NCBI RefSeq assembly: GCF_036321535.1
Contig: NC_087437.1
Span: 47,060,001-47,124,000, forward strand
DNA from: Camelus dromedarius
Taxonomy: Eukaryota
Length of the DNA stretch: 64,000 bases
Direction of reading: 5' to 3'
Numbering within the stretch: the stretch's first letter is position 1; every line of letters begins with the position of its first letter. A model generated the notes under the pieces. The model had not been told where the DNA came from and did not search any database. It saw only the letters and a program-made list of their open reading frames with translations. Below, one piece after another: positions 25,994-39,220 of the stretch. A program made the position numbers and the translations under genes.

Positions 25994-27257
25994 CCTCCAG
26001 CGTGGACTTCCTGTCTTTACTATGCTCCATAAATATTTCCATCAGGTCAAGAAAAATCAGATTGCAAACATGTTAAAGGTGTATCCTCTCCCTCAACATA
26101 CACACCAGCATGTGAGCCCCTTAAGAGCATGGACCCAGGAATTTCGTCCCCGTAGTCTCCGTGCCTCACAGAGGTAAATGTTGGATGCCTTAGTGGGTGA
26201 GTCTAGAGTCAGGTCAGAGCTCTGTCCTTCCCTCACCTGCTCTGGATTGGTAACAGTTTGGAAGGAACTCTTGAAGAAACAAAGGAAAATAGATATTCTA
26301 GGACAGCAGGAGACAACATTTTATGCACGGCACTCCACTCCATCAGACATCAAGGAGATAAGAAATGGCATGAAAGAGTATGTGCTTGCTCCTATGTGAA
26401 CACTGATCCCACTGTATTGTAATATAATTGTTAAATTGTAGTCCTTAGTAAGTTTCAGGACCGTGTCCTACTCATTCCTATATTCCCAGACCCATCTTAA
26501 TATCTAGCCTTAGGATGGGTCGTGAGCAATCAGTGGCTTCAGCTGAGGGCCACTCTCCAGTTTTGGCACTTGCCCGCCCCCACAAAGAATTAGAGGGAGA
26601 AGTATCAGAAGGATTTGGGGAAGAAGTGATATGGATTGACTAAAGTGTGCCTAAAACTGGGACATGTGCACCTACCAAGACATAAACTCCAGGGATTGCT
26701 GACCTCTTAATTCTTAGTCAGCATCTAGAAGTTTATATTTGAGTTTAAGGAGGGAACTGCATCTTGGAAAAGAGATCTACCACATCCAGAAATCCCAGGT
26801 TTCCACTGAGCACTGGGACAGGAGGGTAGCACAAGGGTGGGGCAACCTAAGGCATTACCTAGAAGAAAAGAATATTTGGCTCATCGCCAGACTTCAAGAA
26901 ACACAAAACCCATCAGCCTAAAGAAACATTAGAAGTTTATGATGCAGAAATTAGTAGCTTGTGCGTGATGCATTTCCAATTTATGGCAAGGCAGCTATTA
27001 GAATGGAATGCTCTCCAATGGATAGGACCAGATTAGACTCCATTGCTACCAGCCAAACACGGCTCAGGAAAATTGGCAATTCTATGTAAATGGAAAGTGA
27101 TTAGTATTACCTTCGCTCTTAGATTCTTCCCAACGGGAAGGGGACAGAGCATTTGTCTGCAATAGACAGTTAGAAAAAGCAGACGTGTCTGGATTTTCTT
27201 TTCTTTTAAAGATGTTGCTTTTTCTCTGTATCTTTCTCTGGATAGTGTTAAATTATT

Positions 27258-27750
27258 TTTTCATTCATTTTATTCAGAAATATTAATTGTGTATCTCCCA
27301 GTGTCAAGCAAACTGTTCAACCTTGCAACTCAAAAATAAGTAAGACATTTACTCTCAAGGAGTTTACAGACTAGTAGAGAAGAAAGGTGAATACACAATT
27401 GAAAATTACAATTGTGGAGAAATGCTCAGATGCTAGAGAGCAAAAAATGACAGGGCCAGTTAAATAAGACTTTGCTGTTTTGTGGGGCGTGGGGTTGAGG
27501 GGGGTGTTTCGTGGGTGGATAAGGTGTCTGGAGCTCAGGTTTCCTGGTGTAATCTGTTGTTGTGGTGAGTCCTGCAGTATATGCAAGAGTTAGCCAGGCA
27601 GAGGGAGGTTGGTGCACCAAGACATGAAGGTGAGAGAGAAGCTGAGGGTCATGCAGCAGGAGAAGGATAACTCTTCAGGTAGGACAGAGGAGCAAAAGAG
27701 GCATGGGCAGGCAAGAGGCAGGGATGCACTGACTGTAATCCAGCCCAGGG
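27258..27750 (-). mobile_element. L2 LINE 3' region
   Basis: ttcattcattttattcagaaatatt..actctcaaggagtttacagactagt..ttagccaggcagagggagg. Confidence 0.7.
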
Positions 27751-27974
27751 CAGACCCGAAGGGATCCTGCCCTGTTGAGATTTCTTTTTTAACCTAAAGA
27801 CAAAGGTAGTGTTTGTGGCATTTATTAACAATCCATTGCCAATCTAACTACCTGAGTGTGGAATTTCTGTTTGAGATATAGTCTATTTTTCTTTGCTTTG
27901 TTTTTGTTGGGGAGAAGGAAAATGGATAGATATTATTTTTAATCCTTTTAAGTAGCAGTGCATCTATTCTCATA

Positions 27975-28095
27975 GATATCAGACCTGCAAGGGGCCTTAA
28001 AAGTTGTTTAATTCAATCTCCTTATTTTACAGATGAGGAAACTGATCTCTACAAAGATCAAATGACTCGCTCAAGGTCATATAAATAATGAAAGC
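27975..28095 (-). mobile_element. MIR SINE fragment
   Basis: ttattttacagatgaggaaactga..tgactcgctcaaggtcat. Confidence 0.8.
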
Positions 28096-31084
28096 AATAA
28101 AGTCCACTTCTTTCCAGTCTCAAATCCTTTGAGTTTGTGAAAGAAATTTAGAAACCAGCCTGGTTCTCTGAGTGAACATTACTTCTCAGGCAGCTAACCT
28201 CTTCCATTAATTCTCAATTTATAAGCTTTCACTCTAGGTGCTGTCCTTAACCTAACCTCCTCTGTATTCCAGGGTTATGTTCCTTTTGTAGGCTATGAAA
28301 CATCTCCTTCCTGTCCCCACCCCACCCCCAACTCTGGTGGATTCCCTTGGCATGCAAAGAGAATAGAAATAAATCCTTACCCACCAGGCATGGCTCAAAG
28401 ATGCAGTCTGCCAAGACACTGGAGTGATGTGGCTATAAGTGCTTCACTTCTCATTAAATCATTTGGCTGGTTTTCCTTTTAATAATATTTAAGTAATTGT
28501 TTCTGATTTCAACATTCTCTGGAAATATGAGACTAACAGACCCCAGAAGATCTCTCAACCATTTCCAGCACCAGCCAGGGATCTTACCCTTTTCTTTGGC
28601 CCTCACTTCTCCCAAGCAAGGGATTCAGTCTAGCAAAAATGCGAATTATTTCTTGATTTGGACTTCTTCATTTCACAGCTTTGGGGACATCCATACCAGT
28701 CCTTGTATAGTTTGGTACTATACCACAGTCATCATTAAAAGTAAGTCAAAATACTCTCTAAAAAATTTTGTAAACTGTAGTTTAAGGAAGTGATTCAGAT
28801 AATGGAAAATTTCAGCTAGACTGGCTTCCTTTGGCAAATCTCACATCAGAACCATGTTCAATAATAAAGTTTTTAAAAAATCCTCCTGGAATGATGTGGA
28901 ATTGTCCTTGTTTCCCTCAAGAAAAGTGACCAAAACTCTAGTATATACATCACTTTTAAGATGGCAACTATGGACCTGACCATCAAAACCCGACTACAGC
29001 CTTCACCACTTCATCCCAGTGAGGGAAGGCTGGAGCAGACTGAATAGTCATCAACACTTATACAGCAAGTTTGGCCATTTCTTCAAACGTTATCTAACAT
29101 ATCGTAAGTAATCAAAGATTGTAGAATAAATGAAATGAAGATTGAGAAGGTGACTAGCCAGGCTTGAAGTCTCCTGACACAGAGGTATACTTAGAAGCCT
29201 AGCACTACAAATGTGTTCCTGGGAGACTATTTATGCAAAACATGTCTCTTGAGATCTGAGTGCAAAGTAGTTGCCATGAACTTCTCAGCCATATTCACAT
29301 CAGATACAAGAGTCAAAAATTTGTAGTGGAAACTACATAGATGTTGTTTTTAGGCCTATTGCCCACAATGCCCCAGGAGAAAATGTTATGCTGAGAGCCA
29401 GTGTGCTGATGCACTGAGACTTGGATTCCTGCTTCTAGAAAGTTCTCCGGGGAAAACATTTGTCAGCTCCTTGGATTGGTTAATAAAATGGATTTCTTTA
29501 GTCTTTTCCCTCAGGCACTATATTCAAGAAAACAGGTACTGATTAGGCAGTTACCTTAAAAATGTAACTTCCAAGATTCTCAATGAGGAAGCAATATCTT
29601 GCCTGGAAGATGTTAATTTTTTTTTTCCCACTGATGCCTGAATTTAAATCTCAGTCAAGATCTAGGATTCCTACCAAGTTAGAGACACTCTCAGGTCAAT
29701 CTAAAATTAAAATAATGCAACTGTGCTTACACATATAGGAAGACATAATTTAATATAGGATGGTAATGAATACAATACACACACTGTGGAGTACCTCTGC
29801 ATATTTGTGGGGAGTAGGGGTGGGGTATGGAAAATGGTGAAGGATGTGGCTGACGCATTAGGCTGTTGTGAGATCGCAAAGGGCCTTGAATACCATATAA
29901 AGAATTGGGGATTAATTACTCCTGCCTTCTAACTACTCCTGACTACTCTCCCTATTCTACACTCAATGTCATCAGAGTGTTTGTAATATTTTACTGCTCT
30001 CATTTATGTTTGTCTTTTCCTACTAGACAGTAAGCAACATGAAAGCAGAGACTATATTCAGGTTGTCTTTTTCCCTCCATTGCTAGCAAAGTGAGCAGGG
30101 GAACCACTGTACAAAAATCACCTGATATCACTATTAGTATTGCATAGATTCAAAACAAAATTGTTTTAGAAACATAGTTATTAGATAAATTAAGGTGTGC
30201 TTTATCATCAAAATGGACACAAATACATGCAGGGGGAGAGAAAAAGCTGGAAAAACCCAAACATTTTCATAATTGAACTGGAGATTTAGTTAATAATGTA
30301 TCTAAATTTTTTTTGAAGTTTTGACTATTACTTCCCAAAGATCAAAGATTTAGTTTTCAAAAGAAAAAAGTTGCCTACAATAATTTTGAAGAGAAACCAA
30401 GTAGAGAAACTTTGGGAGGGGGAGGAATTATTCCAGTTCCCTATGCCTTGTGTTGGAAAGGCAAATAAAAGTTAACAGTCAATAAGAAAAAAAAAAAAAA
30501 AGAGTGAGTGAAGAGCTGGGGTGGGACCATCTGCTGGGGTGGGGCAGGTTGAAGTACTTCTCATAGCACTGCACATTACCCCATCATAGCACTGCATATT
30601 ACCATATAAAGTAAACCAGAAAGGGAAATTTCACTGACCTCAGGCTACCTCTATCACCATAAGTAGTTCCCTTCAATCACGTAGGATGTACAGCAAAGTT
30701 CCATACAGTAAATGCTATTTGCTCATTGACATTTACATTAAAATTAGATTAAAAGGGGAGTTAATGGATTCTGCTGTGCTGCTTGTACTAACCAGCTCCT
30801 GGGGGAGTGTCATTTAGGCAGATTAATCCTATGGGTCAGTATAAAATTAATCCATGTAATATTCTAAATCCAATTTCATTCCATATGCTGGTATAAGATT
30901 CTCTTCAACCTTACGAAATAAGAGCAGAACTTATAGACTCTCTCTCTTACAGGAAATGTTTCATTCTCAACTCAGCCAAAACAGAAATAGCTAAGTTCTA
31001 TGACTTTTCCATATTTGAAATTTTTGCTGTCTAACAAGAAACAAATAATAATAAAATAACAGCAACATCAACAATAGCATAATT

Positions 31085-31295
31085 CCAATCACAACCACCT
31101 TTCAGCACCTGCCATGTATCAGGAACTTTGCTACATGTTATTCGGTGAGAATATTACTCCTATTTTCCTGATGGGAAAGCTGAGTCTCCAAAAAGTTAAA
31201 GTAATTGCACAATTCTAGCTAGTAAATGATAGAGCCTGAAGTAAATCCCTCAGACTGTCCAGTTCCAAAGATTAGACTCTTTTCGTTACCGTACT
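31085..31295 (-). mobile_element. MIR SINE
   Basis: agcacctgccatgtatcagg..cctattttcctgatgggaaagctgag..gctagtaaatgatagagcc. Confidence 0.75.
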
Positions 31296-31737
31296 TCTTT
31301 TATTTTACACCCTTTAATGTCCTTTCTAACAAACAGCTCTATTCAAGTCAACAGTTATGACCAGTATTTAGTATAGGTCCAATCTCCATAAGGATACAGG
31401 AAAATTCACAGGCCCCTGGCATCGAGGATCTTGGTATGACCATGAGGAGTGAGCCTGTTTGGTGTGCTATTATTACAATGTTACATGAGTCATTGGACTT
31501 TACTGAGTTTACAGGGGCGCCAGAGTTCAAGAGAAACAAAGCAGCGTTTGGAAAAAGAACAGGTGCTTTCTTTGGCCCCGCCTGTAATTTACAAAAGGCT
31601 AAAATCCCATCAAAAGGAAAAACAAACAAATCTACCAGTACATGCAAGGTATATGGCAATCTGAGAATGCTTGTTTCTTCTAATAAACTCTAATACACTT
31701 CCCCTGACAGAGAATAGGGATTAGGATATGGGGAAAA

Positions 31738-31809
31738 GAGAGGAGAGAGAGAGACAGAGAGAGAGAGAGTGTGTGTCTGTGTGTGTCTGTCTGTGTGTGT
31801 GTGTGTGTG
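31738..31809. repeat. Imperfect (GA)n(GT)n microsatellite
   Basis: Directly visible. Confidence 0.9.
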
Positions 31810-32114
31810 AGTAGAGGGCAGTGGGACTTTTGTTTGTGTGTCCCCAGCATGTTTACATGCTTAAAAGTAAATACAAAGAGCATGTCATCTACAAAAATCG
31901 TATCAGTTGAGGGTTTGAGGCCAGTATCAGGTCTTCATAAACTATTAAGAAACCCATATTAATAAACATTTCTTGTATTTGTCAAAAATTTTTGTATTTT
32001 TAAAAATATTTCTTCAATTGTTTTCTCCCTTAGAACCCATTACTTCTTATTCATATTTAAATGTGTTCTGACTAATTAAACCCAAAATAATTTTAGAAAA
32101 AGAAGCCAAATGTA

Positions 32115-32370
32115 GACAAAAGATCTCAGAATAGAAGGTCAAGAAACTTAGATTCAAGTTCTTGCTCCAGGACATTCTAGAGATGTGTGTGACCTTGAGC
32201 AGTTAGTTTAGCTACTCTACCCATAATTTTTCTCCACTCTAAACTACGGTTATTATAAAGTGTGATAGGCTCCTGAATGCTTAAATAAATAAAAAGGTAA
32301 TCAAATAAAACAAACATATTAGACAGCATTTGTCTATCACAGAGTACTATACAACATTAAGGAACTATTT
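32115..32370 (+). mobile_element. MIR SINE
   Basis: ggtcaagaaacttagattcaagttcttgctc..tgtgtgaccttgagcag. Confidence 0.65.
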
Positions 32371-34499
32371 TGTTATGTATTGTTTAATATGGGAGACATT
32401 AATCATGCCCAGCTTGGAAATACCTGTCTCTCATTCAATAAAAGGATTTAAATGATACTGTAAATCATTCATGGGGATTTCAGCATCATTAGAACATTAG
32501 CCAAGAGGTCAAAATTAAAATATAAAAGCATGACTATTTTATTGGCACTATGTATCCTAGAAATTCTTCTATCACACCCTTCCCCCAAAAAATGGGGTGG
32601 GATTTAGTTATTTCTAATGAGATTCTCAAGGCATTTATCATATAGTGATCAGAATTTTGATTTAAATTGAAAAACATTTTAAATTTTCATCCTCTTTAAA
32701 GTAATGGGAAAAAATTTTTCCTATTAAAAAATTAACTGTAAGTTAACAACTGAAATTATTTAGTTTTTAAATGTCTAAATGAAATGGAAATCTGAAAGAG
32801 AAATAGTATAGAATGATGTTTAAAACATAAGATTTGAAGAATATTAAGAAAGCCTCAACCATCCATTTGTCCTTCCCCAAATTTTCTTTTATACTCTGCT
32901 AATGTTTATTGTCAGCAAGTTATTATTTTTCATTAAGTGCTGTGCTCCACCTTAGTTTTTTGCATACGTAAAACTCTCTAGAAGGATCTCACATTATAGC
33001 TCATGATGGCAAGCTGGAAAGAGCCAACCAGTCATTTGACAAGGGGTGACAACTTGTTTTTAACCTAACATTTAATTGATCACTTGTAAATACTCCCTGC
33101 ATTGAAAAGGACAATGAAGTCAGACATTAGTTCTGTGGGCCCTAGAGCCATGCCAGATCCCCACCATCCAGCATGGATGCAGGACAAGGGAGTGGGATGC
33201 ACTTGTCCAGCGCTGCTGCCCCTGTCCCAGTGCTCACCCAGCAGGTGACAACACCTCAGCCCAGATCAGCAATGGTTTGCCCAGTGCCACTCAGTCAATC
33301 CAGAAGCCAAAGAAATTAAAAGCAAAGAATAGCCAGCTTTTAAAGCTGCAAGTGCAGTGTTCTTCTCCCTCTAACATGTCCATGCATATCACAATTTGAT
33401 TTCAATTTATCAGACCACATTTTATTGTGACCACATGAAAAGGGACACTAAACAGAGAAAAGGAGTGAGGGGAGAAAATAAAAAGCCTGTGAAGTTTTAG
33501 CCAAAATGGTTTTGCCTAGAGTTGGTTGGCCCAAACTTATTACAACATACTTTATTTCAAAAGAAGACAATGAAACTCCAAAACACCATAAACTCTAAGA
33601 CAAATGTATAAACTACAGGTGCCCATAGAATTTCATATCCTTTTGCAATTTGTATAAGCAATCTAAGTAAATACAGAAAAAACGTCCCTATGGCATTTCC
33701 CAGACAACTGATCTATGTGGTAAGCCAGAAAATAAGTGGGAAATATTGCATGCCTCTGCTGTGTTGTCAAAGATGAAACATATGGGGGGGGGAGGGTTAT
33801 GAGCAAAAAAGGAGGAAACCCTGTATCTGCATTTCTTAAAATTGGCTTACTATTGATATATACATAACGGTCTCATTTCTGACTTCTGTGAGTGATACTG
33901 GGTACATTAGCTGATTTTGCAAGATAGACTCCCATATCCCATTGTTGAGAGCCAATTGACTTGTCCAATTTATTTAACAATAGAAATACACGTAATCATC
34001 TACAGGCCTGACTTGGAGCTTTTCTAAGTGATGAACATTTATTCTGACTAAGAAAATCACAAGTCCCCAGTTTTCAAACGGTGCTTTATTTGCCTCCTAA
34101 ACATATTCCTGAGACTAACTAGAAATAAAAATTGGCCCCTGTGGAGATGTTTGATCCACGCATTGTACCAACCCTGAGTAATAAGTGACACAGCAAGAGG
34201 GCCCCTGTGAATGTCCTTCTAAAGGAGATACCCCATGCTTGGCATGTTCAAACTAGGCACTGGGACAGGGCAAATGTTGTTGGGTGACTCTAGTGCAAAT
34301 GCCTTGCTTCCCTCTCCAAGGGGAGCCTTTAGAAGGACAAAAAGTGAATTGACTGGGAGAAAAAAAATTCTCATATGCAATATGTCACATATGATCTTTT
34401 AAAATTTAAGTACAGTAAACATACCAACACACCCAATACAAATATTTGTTAGTTTGAAATTTTAGGTGAAGAACAAATTACAAATAATATCATATCACA

Positions 34500-34725
34500 A
34501 CTTAGTAGAGTAGACAGTACATGGCTTTTATACTAAATTATGGATTTAAATCCAGGTTCAGTCACTAGCTGTATGAGTGTAGGGACATTGCTCAACTTCT
34601 ACGAGATTATTTTGCCTCTATAATGCCTATCATGCTAAATTGTTATAAGGATAGAAACAGTATATATGTAATGTGAAGCTCACAACATGGCCAAGTGAAT
34701 GGACATTACTATTGTCATTATGATT
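34500..34725 (+). mobile_element. MIR SINE
   Basis: tggatttaaatccaggttc..actagctgtatgag..ttgttataaggat. Confidence 0.65.
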
Positions 34726-35067
34726 GCAATAGGATGCCAGTGTTTGCATGCATTTCTAGAGGATGGGGAAGGTCTGCATTAGTCTTGATAGGGTGGAACC
34801 CTTTCATTCTTTTCTTATCCCGCTCTTCAGTTGAATGGACCATTTCTCAGCCTTGATCTGACACTATTCAGAGTTCAGTTAAGCAATGTTTGATTTCAAC
34901 TGTACAACTGCATTTCTATTTCCAAAAACTTTAACTGTAGGTATCTTTTTAAACAAAATCTCACTGATATAAAACAAGTAAAAGTAGAGCTGTTCTGCCA
35001 GAAATCTCCTCAACCCAACTCAATGTCCTCAGTGTTCTCTAAGACACAGCCAGAACCCTAGTACAAC

Positions 35068-35252
35068 CAGTGGTTCTCAGTCAAGGGGGTAGTGACCCAC
35101 AGTGGCCATCTGGAAATGAGCACAGATCATTATGGCTGAAATACTGGTGGGAGGGAAATGAGGAAGGCAAACATCTTGCAAAGAGAGGGACACTCCCTCA
35201 CCCCAGAGGACTGTCACTTCCTGTATGCCATTAGCACCCACACTTAACAACC
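35068..35252. mobile_element. MER20-like hAT-Charlie element
   Basis: cagtggttctcag..ggccatctggaaatg..aaacatcttgcaaag..ggaca. Confidence 0.5.
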
Positions 35253-35711
35253 TCGGCACACGCTCCATTCCTCCTCATCCTTCAGGAACCCGATGAGGTG
35301 GATGAATCACGCCTGCACAGAGTGCCCTCTACTCGGCTCTGCATTAGTGTGACAGCTGTTGTGTATCTCCTTGGCTTTAGCCTGGAACAAAACACTGTCT
35401 TCTAGGTCAAGTACCACCCACCTGTAAGACTCTCGTAGCCTCAAAGCTGTGACAACTGTAGAAGGGTCAAGCAGAAGTCTGAGGTGGGGAGAGATTATGT
35501 ATCATTTCCCCAAGTGACACAAACAATATGGAGGTCCTGGATCAACTGGACTCTGAACACCGTTGTTCCACACTCCAACAAACTGCATCTCAAGCAAGTG
35601 ATGTTAATCTCCGTGTAACCAACCAATGCTCCATGCTAAGCACTGTGGAACATTCAAAATAAAATAAAGGTACAGTCTCTTCTCACAGAAAACTTGTGAT
35701 CTGGTTAGGGC

Positions 35712-36459
35712 TGTGGGATTACAATTATGACACCAGTTCCAATGTGTGGGCTTTTTCCTCACACCAAGCAATTCTTAGACACCAGTTAGGTGTCTTACAA
35801 TTCAACTCAATTCTGACACTACCTACCCAGAGATAGTGTATTGGCTTTCAATACACAATGAGCACTAGTTGTCACCTGTGATTCCAGACCACTAGCTATA
35901 CAGATCAGAAGTTCCAATGACCGCCTCCTTGGACTTGATTAGTTTACTAGAGCAGCTCCCAGAACTCAGAGAACATTTTACTTACTAGATCACCAGTTTA
36001 TTATAAATCTATATAACTCAGGAATAGCCAAATGGAAGAGATGCTTAGGCAAGGCATGTGGAAAGGGGTGTCAGGCTTCCATGCTCCTGGGGCTCAACAC
36101 TCTCGCCAAATCTCCACATGTTCACCAACCAGGAAGCCTTCTGAGCCCTGTCCTCTTGGGTTTTTATGGAGGCTTCATTACACAGGCGTGATTGATTCAG
36201 TCATTTGCCACTGGTGATTGAATTCCTCCAGTACCTGCCACCCTCACTAGAGGTAGGGAGACTGAAAGTTCCAACTCTCTGGATACCTAGTCCCTCTGGC
36301 AACCAGCCCCCATCTTAAGGTAACCTAAAGTCACCTTATTAACATAACAAAAGACACATTTAGCCCTCTCAACTCTTAAGAAATTCCAATGGTTTTAGGA
36401 CCTCTGTGCCAGAAACAAAGACCAAACATGTATTTCTTACTATAAATCACAATATCACA
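35712..36459 (-). mobile_element. MER21-like endogenous retroviral solo LTR inserted in an L2
   Basis: TG..CA termini; the minus strand starts TGTGATATTGTGATTTATAGTAAGAAAT; diagnostic caattcaactcaattctgacact and ttttatggaggcttcattac; flanks gggc/ggga. Confidence 0.85.
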
Positions 36460-36615
36460 GGGACATAGACCTCAGAAGCACAAATACCAACACAGGAAAT
36501 TAGCTATGTGCCTTATGAGTTTAGAGTTTGGAGATCAGTTAGGGCAGAAACCATCCAGAGAACTTCGTGAGAAAGGTTGTATTTTTTCTACTACAAAGGA
36601 AAAGTTGGATTAGAG

Positions 36616-36845
36616 GGTCAGTAAACCTTTTCTGTAAAAAGCCAGATAGTAAATATTTTAGGTTTTGTGGGCCACACAGTCTCTGTTGTAACTATACAAC
36701 CCTACCATTAAGCAGAACTGAAGTGTAATAATAAACACAGACAGTATGCAAGCAAAAGGGCATGGCTGTGTTCCAATAAAACTTTATTTACAATGACAGA
36801 TGATGGTCTAGATTTGACCTTTGAACTATATTTTGTCAACCCTTA
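36616..36845. mobile_element. MER58A hAT-Charlie element
   Basis: ggtcagtaaaccttttctgtaaaaagccagatagtaaatattttagg..ggctgtgttccaataaaactttatttaca..tttgtcaaccc; 8-bp TSD gattagag/gattagac. Confidence 0.9.
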
Positions 36846-37265
36846 GATTAGACTACAGACTTAATTACAAACCTTCGTCTGGCCTTCAAGGCTTTTCCAA
36901 CTGGACTGAAATCTGCCTTTTCAATGTCACTGTTACACCTCAGCAGGTGAAGAATATTAAGGAAGGAGTTTCACTTGAGTAAAGCAGGGGAGACAAGAAT
37001 GGGAAGGTTATGTCCTACATAGACAAAAATCAGCTTGGCTAGAACAGAGGACTCTGCGGAAGAGGAGAGAGAGATGGAAATAGATATGAGTCCAACACAG
37101 AGTGTCTCGAGAGCCAGATTAGGGGATTTATATCTTAACCTGTAGGCAATCGAGAACAGTGTCAGTCATTTAAGTAGGAAAGAAAGATATTTGTACAAGA
37201 TTAATATTTTTGAGATTAAGGTTTTTCTTTAAGCTTCACAGAGGTCAATAATACTCACTATATTT

Positions 37266-38120
37266 GTGGGAGACATGAAGATGCACGGCCCAGATGTCCT
37301 TGCATGGAAGGACTTGCTGTCCAGATGGGGAGTGTTGTATGCAGCCAGCCTTCACCTGTCAGTGCCTTTAGGGTCTGCCTCTGCATAGACAAACGCCTTG
37401 CCTGAGGCTAAACCCTTCCCAGGCAGCTCGCACCTGAGGACCAAGAGAGACAGAGTTTAAAGGCCTCTCAGAACGACACTCTGATGGGCAATATTTGTTT
37501 CTAGTTGCCAGATGGTCTGAGGCTTTGTGGGGGCCTGCATCAAAATTTAAACTTTTTCTTTGCTCTGTGCTGCTTCTTGCAACTTACCCTGATACATATG
37601 CATTTTGTACCCTTTGTGGGTTGAATTATGTCCCCCACAAATTCATATGTTGACAGCCTAACCCCTAGGACCTAAGAATGTGGCCTTATTTGGAAACAGA
37701 GTTATTGCAGATACAACTAGTTAAGGTCACACTGAAGTAAAGCAGACTTTAATCCAGTATGACTGTGGACTTATAAAAGGGGGAACTTGGACACAGACAT
37801 CCACAAAGGGAGAATGCTGCGTGAGGATAAAAGCAGAGATTGGGGTGATGCTGTCACAAGCCAAGGAATGCCAAAGATTTCCAGCAAACCACCAGAGCTA
37901 GAGGAGAGGCTTGGAAGAGATCCTTCCCTCACAGATCTTAGGAGGAGCCAACCCTGCTGCACCCTGATCTTGGACTTCCAGCCTCTGGAACTATGAGACA
38001 GTACATTTCTTTTGTGTGAGCCACCCATTTGTGGCACTTTGTTATGGCCAGCCTAGGAAACTGAGACATACCCTAAACTCCATCTCAGCATTTACTGCCA
38101 GAGAAACCAATCTGTGATGA
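37266..38120 (+). mobile_element. LTR16-like ERVL solo LTR, interrupted by MLT1C
   Basis: gatgcacggcccagat..aaggacttgctg..acactctgatgggc; resumes after the insert with taaactccatctcagc..agagaaaccaatctgtga. Confidence 0.75.
37613..38068 (+). mobile_element. MLT1C-like MaLR solo LTR
   Basis: tgtgggttgaattatgtcccc..ttatttggaaacag..caagccaaggaatgccaa..aggaaactgagaca; perfect 5-bp TSD TACCC at 37608-37612 and 38069-38073. Confidence 0.92.
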
Positions 38121-38146
38121 TATCATTTCAATAAAAAATTAAACTG

Positions 38147-38353
38147 TTGGGAGTTCAGAATTTGCAGATACCGACTACTATATATAAAATAGAAAAACAA
38201 CAAGATCGTACTGCATAGCACAGGGAACTATATTCAGTATCTTGTAATAATCTATAATAAAAATATGAAAAGAATATATATATGTATAACTGAATCACTA
38301 TGCTGCACACCAGAAATTAGCACATTGTAAGCTGAATATACTTCAATAAAAAC
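38147..38353 (+). mobile_element. 5'-truncated young L1 (cetartiodactyl/camelid-type 3' UTR)
   Basis: catagcacagggaactatattcagtatcttgtaataa..tgtataactgaatcactatgctg..tatacttcaataaaaa; 12-bp TSD aaaattaaactg at 38135-38146 and 38354-38365. Confidence 0.9.
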
Positions 38354-39039
38354 AAAATTAAACTGACAAACTTAAACAATAATGTGGCATGCCCAAAAGA
38401 GAAAAAAAAAAATCTTAAAAAAGGTTTCATGTAGACTTTTACAATAATACATCAAGTAAAAAAAACTTCCATTTATTTTCACTTACATAATGGAAGATTT
38501 TTGTGTGCACGTTTTTTTTAAAAGAAAGCAAGTAAAACAAAAACAGAGGCCATAGTAAAAATTTAGAAGCAGAGGCAAGAATGTGGGAGGATAATCAGAA
38601 GCATAATAACAATATTTCCCTAAAATATCAAAAGTGTGGGTTAATTAGGTAACATGAAATTGCTGCTTATGCTGAGTATCTGTAATATAAAGAGAAAATA
38701 AATGTTCAAGGTGAGAAATTCTGCTTTAGTCTATCTTTAGATAGAAACAACTGTGCTCCAAATTGTTTAATATATTCAAATTATGAACTTCCTACTACAC
38801 TTGTTCTGCTAGAGGCAATAGTGAAAGATGCTTTCTTTGTTCCAAAATATCTAGATTAAATGTAATGCAACTAACTTTTTTTCCCTATAACAAAGACAGT
38901 TTCTTCAAAAGTTTTATGTGTGACACATATATGCAGTTCTATTATACTGCAGTGACAAAGTTTGGTATTACCATGGCTCCAAAGGCCTGAGTTTACCTTA
39001 CTGTCACTCAAGCAGATCAAGGGTTAAAGTGGATGAAAG

Positions 39040-39220
39040 AAGCAGGGAAGAGAGTATGGCAAATTAAACACAACTTTCCGAATTCTACTTTTAGTCAACC
39101 TTAGATGAGCATGTGACCTTGAGTAAGTTATTTTTTCTCCCTGAGTGTCTATCATCTCATTTGTAAAACTGAGGGCTGAACCAGATAACCTCTAAATGTT
39201 GGTGGTTCTAAGATTTTGAA
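39040..39220 (+). mobile_element. MIR3/MIR SINE
   Basis: tgtgaccttgagtaagtta..ctcatttgtaaaactgagggctgaaccagataacctctaa. Confidence 0.75.

Noticed and set aside
31348..31693. Protein-coding call for the overlapping 103-aa and 85-aa ORFs
   Set aside because: No recognisable homology or convincing exon structure; kept only as a regulatory candidate.
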